A stretch of DNA of 64,000 nt from Tubiluchus corallicola (Eukaryota; Animalia; Priapulida): NCBI GenBank assembly GCA_030141605.1, contig JAQGDQ010000274.1, forward strand, positions 1 to 64,000, written 5' to 3'. Positions within the stretch are counted from its first letter, which is position 1; each line of letters starts with the position of its first letter. Below are positions 39,101-51,100 of this stretch, one piece after another. A program made the position numbers and the translations under genes. Under the pieces are notes generated by a model. The model ran no database searches. It saw only the letters and a program-made list of their open reading frames with translations, and was not told the origin of the DNA.

Positions 39101-42100
39101 GATTAATAAGCTTTTATGACTTTTATATCATCTTAATTCGCTTTTGTCTTATAATATACATAGAAACAATCATGTTAAGTACCATTTTGTTTGTAAGCAG
39201 GAACGTTTGTCATACACTAATCTTTCATACCTTAATGGTTTGCTTTGACTCGCATGTCCACTGCAATTTACCTTGTTACCCAAGAATTCCTGGTAGCTAA
39301 ACATTTAATCATTTCCTTAGCGGTTAGCTTTTGCAGCTCTGGCTGTCTTTGTCACAAAGTTTAATCAGCTAGATGTTGCTGTTATGCCAGGGAGGCAGGT
39401 TCAGTACAGTTAGTACATCACAGCTGATTTCATAAAATGAAGCAGCTGACTTTGAAGGAATTCTTGTAAATAAACAGACTTATGTTTTTAGAAAAGTATG
39501 CTTTTTAATTTATTGTTAATTCACTTGTATAAATTAATATTTTAAAATATATTTTCTAATTTTTAACTGCACAAAGGAATTTAAGTATTACTTCGTTTTT
39601 AAAATTCATTAAAAACCTTTGCAGTGCATAGTAAGCTGTTGACTCATAATTCTATACCAGTAATACTATACCCATCGGTTAATAGGTTCAGTATGTTAAT
39701 TGGGTCAAAACACGTCGGTCCCAAAATGAGTCTATTAAGTGGCGACTACTGTATCATGTAAGGCTGCATATAAAGTGAATAGATTTAAATAAAAAGAAAT
39801 CTGTTTATCTGTTATTTTAATTTTAATTCTGAAAGGTATAAAACGTAGTTTATTTGTGAAAAACGAAATATTTGTTGGAACATTATTTCAGAGTTTTTAA
39901 GTTCTTGTGATCGTGAGCCGATTCTTTTTATTGTAATTTTCAAACGTTTCAGAACTCCAGTTCGCGACACGGGTCCTTCTGTGGACTATGAGGCATTAAC
40001 TAGTGGAGATAGTTTTGCAACCAGTTCACCTGCAACGTCCAAAATCAGAGAAGGTGTGACGTCTTTAAGCATACTAATCTAAATTACTGCAGTAAGTTAA
40101 AGGAAGACGGGATGTTTTTTCATATACTACCCCATTTTCAAGTCAGATAAAAAGTATACATTTTAACACGATTAATACTGCAAAAGCATTTCTGATAATA
40201 AAAAAATTGTAGATTAAAAACTTATTTAATGGCGGGCGAGCACAACTATTGGTGGCATCACAAACTAACATCAGTTTCAACAGCAAAAATATTCCTCGAG
40301 CGTGTTGCACGTGTTTGCAAAACAGAAAATTCAAGTACAGTGCTACTGTAAGATAATCACTGTGTTGTACTAAAACTCGGCAAGTTTTGAGATAAAAATT
40401 CAAATTTCAAATTTACCGCTGTACTCACGCATGAACTGTCGAACGTGTGTACTTCGACAGAAACTAACACATCTGATCTGAGAGGAACATCACCTGTTTT
40501 TTTGTTATGCATTTCAGAAACGCAGGTGCTAGTGCCCGTCTAACTAGCAAATGGCGAAATGCATGTAATAGAGAATAACTAGTGGCGCGAACGTGAAATT
40601 GTGTTTGTGTGGTAATAATTCTTTCTCGTCATTTTTGAAAAAAATAGTATGTTTCCTTCTAATATTTTAAAGAGTAGATAGTTTTGACCTACAGTTTAAG
40701 ATTGGGTCCGGTTTTGCTTTAATGTCTTACATTTAGAAGGGCTTTTGTGAGAAAGGGCATAAGTTTATCTGTCAAAATTGCCTGAAATAACTTATAATAA
40801 CAAAATGAACAATCTCGATTGTTTCTAAAAGATATTAGAATATGCCGAAGTATGGTTTGGCACCTGTCAGCATCCCGCAAGGAAGATTTCACACTGTATC
40901 TGTTAATTAGTTCTGATTTTCGAAATGAATTACATCGACTCGGATTCATAATTCCAGAAATAATTTCGTCTGCACGTTCGACGAGAGAAAATTTCGATCA
41001 TTCGAATAGCCGTGAGGATCGCAGTAGCGCATCGAGCAGTACTAGCTTGGAAGTGAGCGAAATTATGGACTTGGCATCAACTAATTCTACTTATAAGAAG
41101 ACTTTGGTATTGCATTTTACATTGTTTGTCATCAAAAGTTTGTTTGTACGTAAGCTACATAATTTTATATCTGGATTTGTTCCGTTATAGTAACATTTTT
41201 ATGTCCTCACTGTGCATTCTTCCCAGAAATGATTACCTGTACGGGTTTCATTTGTGCCCTTATTAATTTTAGAAAAAATGCTTGTTCCACTTAACAAAGT
41301 TAAAATGTGCTTCAGTGCCTATTGTTGAAGCTGCGTCAGTAAATCTTTTCTGAGTTTTGTTATGCACAGTTGCATTTTAAGGATGTTGTCGGCATCCTTC
41401 TGTCTCGGAAGACAATGGAGTGTGCGCCAAGAGAGTCAGTTATTGATCACATTGATGGAGCTGCAGCGTCGACTGTGGCTGAGCAGTCCGATCCTTGAAC
41501 CACTGAAATGGTCTCTCCAGGGCGTATGCCTGGGCAAGGTATATGGAGATCCTGAGTTGCCCAGACAACAGGAACCCCCTCTCTTCCTCCCTGGTGTAGT
41601 CCAAAGGAAAGCGGAGCGATACGTTTGGCACCAGGTTGGCTGCAGGAGCCGCCGGAGTCGGTGAACATGCTGCACTGGTCCGCCTTCGGGGCTCCACTCC
41701 TGATTTGGAAGGTTTACTCCTCTACACGTGGCCGTTGGGTCATTTGACCCCCTCCGCCTATTGTCGAGATACAGTGTGGGCATCCCGCAAGCCTACAGCA
41801 CCTGGTATTCCTAACCCATCCAAGTACTAACTAGGCTCTACGTTGCTTAACTTTGGTGATCAGACGAGAACCGGTGTTTTCAACGTGATATGCCCGTGTT
41901 TAAGGATGTAGGTCGAAGGTTATTAGTATCTTTATCTGTGCTAGGAGCAAGTAAAGCTGTGCCCTTGCAATTACACACAAAGATGCCATTGAAATCTCAA
42001 CGCTACCCCGTGCAACGCAAGTTTGTCGTACAGAACTCAGTAAAAGTCCACATCAGATTCACTGTGATGCAATTTTGCAAAATGACATAACAAAACGGCG

Positions 42101-45100
42101 GGGGCGGGAGGTGTAAACAAGCATTTCTTTGCCACAACAACAACTAAAGCGTGCAAGTAGATATGCCCCTTGCTAATTAGTGTTGCCGCGGATACACTTT
42201 TTTGTCGGTTAGCGAATACCAGCTATCATTGGATATTGACTTCCGGATTTAGATTATAACCGGATAGGTTAGCTAAATTCGGATCGAATGTGTGGATCAG
42301 TTCGAATGATGAAAAATTAGTAAATGTTTATAAGACTTTCGCATTTTCATTTGGTCTATCAAAAAAGACTATCATCTTAAAGGACCTAGTGCAAATATAC
42401 ACCGTATTACCACACACAAACGAAGAAGGATGTGTGTAAAATTTTCATGTTAAAAACACAAACGAAGGCTAAAACAATCTCTAAGTTTTATTTTTTTTGG
42501 TAATATTTTATTTATTTATTTTCAGCGCTAAATTATTCGAAAAACGTTTTCAATTGCACATCGCAAAATCCGGATAGCGAATATTTGCGAATATCAAACT
42601 TTTATAACTTTCGGATGTTGCTAGGTACCAATAACCTCTGACCTTTCACAATCATCCACAATTGCTGGAACTCTGAAAAGTCTTATTATTAATCCACCAT
42701 GTACTTAGTGCCTCATACAGTTTAGTACTTATTTTACACATGCAGAGGAAAGAGAAGTTGTTTAATGACTAGTACATGTTAACTTTGGTAAACTGTTGCC
42801 ACGCATTAACAAACATTTCTCCCATTTCAACACAGGCAGTTCAAGAGGAGGACGCCACCGTCTTGGAACAAGGCGAAGATGAAGCAGACGACGATGATGC
42901 CGTAGTCGAAGATGAGGAAGAGACTGTAACGCATACTCCCACGGCTTCCGGTTCGAATCTGCAGTCGGTCTATTCTAACAAAGCTTGGCCGCAGCCACCA
43001 AATATTGCGGAACTTGATTCTAGCGCAAGCAGGTATCGGTTATATCGTCAGGAAATTCTGTTAATAGATGAATCTAGCATTAAACGCATTTATTAAAAGT
43101 TTAAGTTTAGGGTAGAGTTAAGTTATTCGATATCTGGTTGAACTTAGAGTCTTGCTTTAAATTCTATAATGTCATAATTTGATTATTATTATTATTATTA
43201 TCATTTTTTAATCTGTATTTTTATTCTAAATCATTCCTATTATTACCACCAACTTTTTCCGGGTTAGCTTATTTCTGACTCCGGTATTACAGTAGCTTAT
43301 TATTTGTTAAGGCCAGGGTTTCACGGGTTTAAGACTTTGGCAACTATCCAAAAATTTCTGAAAGTACGTACAGCAGTCGCTAAATGTGCTGCATTAGTTC
43401 CTCAAATAGTTGTAAATGACGTGCTGGTGTTTGTCATTGTTGCCAAAAGGTTGCTGGCTTTGGCAGAAACTTTTTGAATTTTTAAAGTTTGTTGCCGGAG
43501 TTGCAAAGCTCGCTACCGTAGCCGGAGTTGCAAAACTGGCTACTGTTACCAGAGTTGCAAAGCTCGCTACCGTCGCCGGAGTTGCAAAACTCGCTACCGT
43601 CGCCGGAGTTGCAAAGCTCGCTACCGTCGCCGGAGTTGCAAAGCTCGCTACCGTCGGAGGAGTTGCAAATTGCTGTAAATTCTTCCCCGCATTTCACAAG
43701 AATTTCAAACTTGCAAAAACTTGGAAAATGTCTGCGATGCTTTTGAGAACACTGCAGCCGCTTTGTGACTGTTCTGCAACATTTTAACCGCGTTCTAGAG
43801 AACCTCTGTCGTCCCGCATTTCTCTCTACGAAAATTCTGTGAAATGGTCGTGAAATGATTACAATGTGTTCACGCGAATGTCGTGCAACATTCGTCTTGT
43901 TGCATAAGTCTTGCAGAAAATGATCATCGAACACAGAAATGTTGCATAAGTTTCACGGAAGTCATCAGTCGAGCACAGAAATGTCGCAAACATCTTTTGC
44001 AAATTTCTAGCAACATTTTTACAATTTTAAGGAAAACCTCAAAATTTGTAAACAAGGTCAGTAAAATTGAACAAAAATGTTTAAAACTTCGCACAAATGA
44101 TTTGCAACCTAGACGACAAAACACATTGGCTGTTGGCCCTCAAATTACGTTTGTCTTTCTTGCAAAAATCAATTTCTACTCACTCGCTCACATAGACATT
44201 GAAACTGTTTATCGAGTTTTCTGAAACAAATTTAAATTGTTGTTACTTTGCAGCATTATGGCACTGAAGAGGCAGTCCCAGGAAGAAAGCCGCAGTGCTG
44301 AAAATTCTGTGTAAGATTCAATTCAGTTATTTTATTTCTCTTCATTTTGAATAACTGCATATAGGTAGTCGTTGATCTATGACGTGTGCAACTTTACGAC
44401 CTGGCCGCAACTCTGTTAGTTAATTATGCAAAACTAATAAAAGTGTTATTTTTTGACAGTCTGTTTCGATGAGTTCATTCATAGGTGCCACCCATACTTA
44501 GTCAGGGTCATAGCAAGACTTTCCGACGCCCTAGGCTGATAGTTCTGTCCCACCCATCTCTTTTATAAATTTATGGTTATTTATGTAATGAGCAGATTAA
44601 ACAATTACTTGTGGTGTGTTAAAATAACTATTAACCTGGTTTTTAAGTGGTCATTATTATTTACATGCATTTGCATAGTACTTATATGCAACCAGGCTGC
44701 ATAACTGCTTGTTGTGTATTACCTTGCACCTGTTCGTTATTTGGCACTTATATAAAAGCTGCCCTCAGTAACTGCCTGTGGTGTGTTATTAAATGTGCCT
44801 GTTATGCAAATATGAATGTATACACATTTTCCGAGGAGAATAAGAATTTTTTCTAAAATGTGACGCCCTCAAACTTTGGCACCCTAGGCTGTAGCCTAAT
44901 TAGCCTAGTGGATAATACTCCCCTGTACTTAGTGCACGTATCTTATCTGTAGGGGCACACCACTTGAACAGGTTATGTCCGACGTCCATATCATCTTATG
45001 ACTAATCAATGCTTCTGACTACCTGTATGACTTTTTCTGGTTACTAATGATTTTTATTTCCTGCAACTTAATAGAGAATGGTACTATCTGTCAGAAATAA

Positions 45101-48100
45101 TCATAATGTTAAGTCTTACGTATAATGCCAAGAATATATGTTGAGCAACATTTGCTGGATAAATCTTAACTGATACAGAGGTTGTCTCTGTAAAACGCTC
45201 AGAGAATTCAGTGAAAATTTTATACTTGTGTACAAAGATGGCGGTTTTTTGTCGACGGCTGTAGAATTTTGTTTCAGACAAGTCGCGCGTATTTGTGATC
45301 CAAGCCCCCAGCATGTTCCCGTTTCTCAAAATGAGGAGTGTGCCTTTGCAGTCATAGAGTATGTGCTTACCTGCAAAGTTAAGCAGTGCTGAACATGGTT
45401 AATATGTAGGTTGGTGACAGCCACTAGAAAGCTACTATTGGACGATTTTATCTGCCATACTGTCTCTGATCATTTATCTTGAATTGAAAATTGTGTGCTC
45501 ATTCAAGCCTGTCTAAGTGTTTCATCTTAATAGATCAGCATTGATAGTGAAATAGATACTAGTCCCACCACACCTATGTAAATTAAGTAAACCATCCTAT
45601 TGAGTACTTGACGCAAGTTTGCATCTTGCTTAACTGTTTAAAATTGCACGACAACGGATCAAGACATGCGTGACGTGGCCAAATGGTAAAATTACTGAAC
45701 TTCTAATTGCAACAGTTATACGGACGTAATTACACTTGTTATATATGATTGTATGTCAAAAAATCATCTTTCAGGAAAATTAATATAGTTGCTATATTAA
45801 AATCTTTACAAAAGAATTCTGCACATTAACAGGGATGAGAATTTTCCGCGGATATGCGGAATTCCGAGTTTTTGGAAGACCAGTAGTGCCATTTTTGTAA
45901 ATCGCGTAAATTCGTTGAGAAAATTTTTACGGACCCAGTACATTATTTCACAAACTGACCGCTAGTTGGCAGGCCGTCACTTTGTTTACATCACGTGCAT
46001 CAGTGTAACAACGTGTATATTTCTATGTATAAAAATATAGAATCAATTGTGCAGAGTTATTTGAGTCAATTGCAGACAGTTTTTATATACTTTTGCATAG
46101 GAGTGGCCAGTACTTAGGCTTTTTTGAGACAATTAGGTATCATGTATCCTTGATAGTTGGATATTTTAAATTATGCATGAAACAAGGTAATTAATATTTT
46201 AAGTCCACTTAGAGGTTTTCTACGGTCACAGAATTGCAGTTTGTTGCTTTGCCCCCTTGAACCCCATTTTTTGTCATTCTCATCCCTGCATTAATGGAAT
46301 TATTTTGAAACTTGACGTCACACCGAAACAATACTGGATTCATCCGTGATTGATCTAGAATTACTAGTGCACAAAATGCCTTGTTTTATTTTCTCAAGAA
46401 CATGCATAAATTAAATTTGGGTTTCTAGTATGCAGCTTTCTCTTGCAGGGATGTCATGGCAAATGTTCAACAAGATGCACCTGCGAAGAAGCAGGCATTG
46501 AGGTAAACTCTGCTAGTTTTAAAGCAAAACTGGATCCAATCTTATACTGTAGGTCAAAACAACCTACTCTTAAAAATATTGAAAGGAAACATACTATTTT
46601 TTCAAAAGTGTCTTACATGAAAGAATTATTACCGCACAAATACAATTTCACGTTCGCACCACTAGTTCATCGCTGTTACTTGCATTTTATCATTCGCTAG
46701 TTAGATAGCCACTGCATTTCGGAAATGCATTGAATTGAGCTCACGACCTATACGTCGCCACAGCTGCATTATGTAATTGTGTCGATTGTATGTAGCTTGA
46801 CGTCTGTCTATCATTCTAAAATTCTCCGTATTTTTTGTGTTTTCAGTGAGGGTGATATGCTGATGCATTCAAGTCCTCGTTTAGGAGGCAGGCTCCCCCA
46901 AGATGAAGTAAGTGTTCTTTTATATATGATTTTACTACCTACAGCCTTGCAAAAGAGTGTATTTATTTTCGTATAATTTTAATTAGTTTTGCAAATGTCA
47001 TAATTAATCCTGCTGTAATTACTTTGGGATATATATTTGTGCTGTCTCATTTGTTCTGCTCACAGTGGACAAGTCTACTACAGTCAACCACCAGCACCAG
47101 TCCCGATTTTTCGTAATTTTCCTATGTAAAAATCTTCGTATACAAAATGTATAAGGTACTGGGATATAAGGGTCTTTCGGTTATAAGGGACGATATGTTC
47201 AAGTCCCGCGTAATAGAAACCCAGGTAAATTACTTCGCATATAAGGAACCCTATGATCAAAGCGAAATTGACTGACTTTTAACCTCAATTTTTCGCAAAC
47301 TCCGCCTTTGAACAGCTCGGTTTCCATGGTCACATACATCTCGTATCACTGAAGGAGCTTCCTGCATACCGTTTGCACTGAATGTGTAGCAATAATCCAT
47401 AAAAATATGGGTAAAAGTACAGGTCTAGATATTCCCTCGGTTTGACTCAACTTCGGCTATAAGCGACATCGGATATAAGAGACGTTTTTTTCCGGTTCCG
47501 TGTTAACACATGTTCTGGTCAGAGTCTCGTGGTCTGTTGGTGATGCGTGTATGACAATCATCATGAATCGTCATTAGGCTCCTGGATTAATGTTCATTCA
47601 CTATTAGTACGTGTGCGAGATGTCAGCCGGTTTTAATGAACTATCAGTTATTACGCATTCTCAGTTTCAACATAATTTATTGAAAAACACGCAGTTTTAC
47701 AACTGATATATGTTCTCCCCTAGTGGGAGTGAAATGCTAGACAGATGCAGAACAATGGTGGTCACAATGTATAAAAACATTTCAATTAAATGAACATTAC
47801 TACGTAACAAGAGTAACAAAGTTAATAGTATTTAAAGCGCTTAGTGTTTGAAATGAAAGAATGCACTAAAACAACAATTTGAGTGTTCACAGGATTACCT
47901 AGGGTATGGTTCCCGTGCAGGAACAAACGTACAAGTTCATTTGTTGCAAGACTGTAAACATTGATGTTAAAAGCTGGCAAAAGGGGGCAGAGATTTGTAA
48001 ATAAGTCGTGTCTGGCCTGATGGTAAAGAGGGCAGCTAATTAAGTAATGACCAACCGTTTCATAAGTAGAACCACATTCACAACTAGGTGATATTAGCGA

Positions 48101-51100
48101 CCCATCGTAGTTTTTACATTTGCTTAGGTATAAATAATAATTAAGTTAACAAAAACTAAAATCTTGATGATATAAAATACAATTAATTGAATTTTTAAAT
48201 CAAACTTGAAAACCAGAAAATGTGAATAAGCTACAGTCGCCCATTTAGTCTATTATAGTGAGTGTTTACTGTGCTGTAACATTAATACATTGGTATTCAA
48301 TATGTGAGCATTTAAGTATTTATGATGAGGAGTAAAAGCTACTAGCAATCTTTGTGGATCATTTCATCACAAAACAATGTTTTTCTTTTTAAATTCAGTC
48401 ATTGTTTTAAAAACTAACTCTTGTAATTCAAAATGATCACCAGTTTACTGAGATTTAAATGCCATTTTTAAATTTTCTGAAACTGAATGATACTGTCTGT
48501 TTCTCTGTATGTGTGTTTCTCTGTAAACTTTTGCTCCTCATCTTCTTGTATTCAGATTGCGAGACAACTTCAGGAAATTCAGACACTCTTGAAAGTGCAG
48601 CAACTCGAACTGCAGGAACTGAGACAGGAATGTTCCCTCAACAAGCTTTCGAGCAGCGTGACAATGCCCGCTATTAAAACACAAATGGACGCCGTGACAT
48701 CGACGCTGAAAGCGCACTACGATCAGGCGGCTTCTCAAAAATCGTATTCCGACAGTATCCTTATTGTTAGTAGTGTTTCTTTGCTGTTTTATTGAGCTGT
48801 TTGTGTCAACGTGCGGGTCTTTTGGTAATGTTTGTACATGCTGAAATGTGTCTTTTATACGTCTTTTTTGGTTTGAGTGAAAATCATAACTTTTTAAGTG
48901 AATTACCACAACTAAAATATGTACAACTATCACGTGAATCAGTTGATTAAAAGATAAATGAAAAAAGTACATAGTACTTCTGAAAGTGGCAGTCCGTTAT
49001 GTAGTAAAATTTGTAAGATTGATGACTCTGTTGACTATATGCATTCAGTAGTGGTAAAAATACAATATGACAACGTATATTTCTTTATTTTATAATCTTA
49101 CTTATAGGCCTGAAGGTATAAACATTTGGAATTTTGCTTAAGTTAAAATAATTCGCTGTATAAGGAGACAAAGTATGCGAATGCAAGCAAATGGCAAACT
49201 TTGGGGTATCATCTCAAGGTTTATAATACGGGTTTTTGTTGCTTTTCTTTTTGTGCTTATTGGTTTACGTTGCTCAATTAGTATTTCCTCCTGGAGCTGG
49301 TGGACTAGCTGACGATCATGGTGCGACCAAAGTTAAGCAACGCGAGTCTGATCATCAAGTGGATGCGTGACTGCATTTTTAACCGTTGTGTCGCCTGTTT
49401 ATGGTGTTGAGGGAGATGTGAACACGACTGAATATGTCTTTAACTAGGATTGTCGTTTATTTTTGATTATGGTGTTGTCTTATCCATCAAGTAATAAGTA
49501 GGGCTGCTTGTGCTGAACACTGGATATCTGAGTGCCAAATAAGCCTTTTCACAGTTTCGTTGTGCACACTCGCAGTTTCTGTAGGTCAAAGGTTAAGTGT
49601 ACCACAGCAATGCGTCTTAACTACAACCGTTACGTGACATGTGGGTAAAGCAAAGCCATCTGCCACATCACTTGAGTAACTTCAGTTGGTTTACAGGGAC
49701 TTTACTTAATTATGCAGTAGTCTGTGCGTACAGTGATTTACTAGCAGGATCTTGCTTGGGAACGACAAAAATGAACTAGGTAAGGTTCTAGCTAGCTGTT
49801 AAAACTGCTACTATTACAACAGCAGGGGCTGCGAGGCGTTCTCAAATGTACACAAATGTGTTATCTGGTATGTTTAACCTTTGACCTTTTCACGATCATC
49901 ATCAATCGCTGGAACTGTGAAAAGGCTTATTGTATAAAAAATCTATTGATATACTGTTTAGTGTTTCTTGTATATAAATTTGACTATTTTTTTTTCACAA
50001 AAAGTGGGTTTCTGCAGGCATGTGGTGTAAAGTTAGACAATTGAATTTGACTTTGTAAATGTTTCTATTAGCTCATATCATTTTTCTTGACTTCCTGATT
50101 GTAGCTCAAAGATTTCAGTCGTTCGAACAGTTTCTGAAAAGAGAGACCGTGTCGCAAAAGGAACGAGACGAGAGATTAAGTGCCGGATTGAGTCAGTCCG
50201 TAAATGCCGTGTTGACCACAAAACTCGAGAAGGTTGTTAAAGCAGAGATGAAGAACTCGGTCCTGCCCGGTAACGTTCTTGCTTGTTTGAACTTCCGCTG
50301 TGATTTCTCGCATTCCTACATGTGATGTTGTTCTAAGCATCGTCGCTTGGTTTTTTAAAGCAAAAGCCAAGTCTCTTGGGAAGTTCAGCTTATTCTAACA
50401 TTTGAGAAAAATATTAGAAAGTTTCAGCAGTAAAATTGTGATAAGCGTTTCGTCTAATTAATAATTTTAATTTAAAATCACGATCACTTCACGCTCGGGC
50501 GCACGTTCATTTGGGGAAAAATGGCGTCATCTGGTTACCGTGCAATATATACAGTTATTCTGCCATGTGCTTAAGCAATTATTTTTTTACTTATAGAGCG
50601 AACTCTATAAACTAAGTAACCAAGTTTACATATGTATCTGAAAGTCAACAGAAGTCTGTAAATTAATTACATTTACGCAATTATCGTATACTACTTACAC
50701 ATTTTACGGTATAATCCTGTGGGTTAAAGCTGTGTAATCACTTTAATCTTGGTCATAATTGATCATATGACTAATTTTCACATAAACATAGTTAAATACA
50801 ACGTTAGAATAACTAGATGATGCCCTTTTTCGTCTTAAATGAGCGCGCCCAAGCATAATGTAAAGTGATCACGACTTTAAATTGATTTTACTAATCGCAC
50901 GCGAGATGCTTATCACAATTTTATTGCTGAAACTTTCTAACATTTTCCCCAAATATTAAAGTAAGCTCAACTTCCTGAGAGACTTGGCTTTTTGCTTTAA
51001 TGAAGTCTTACAGTCACTGAGGATGTATGCACTTTTTGCTCTTCCTGTAAGAACTTTAATGTTAATCTTATTTTACAAACTGCTTCCATTTCCCTTTCAT

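Noticed and set aside
41789-41898. Functional 5S rRNA gene
   Set aside because: Short deletion after box C, no oligo-T terminator, fused to a repeated body and flanked by a TSD, so it is a SINE head.
47500-47809. Second solo LTR (TGTTA...TAACA)
   Set aside because: No TSD and ambiguous boundaries.
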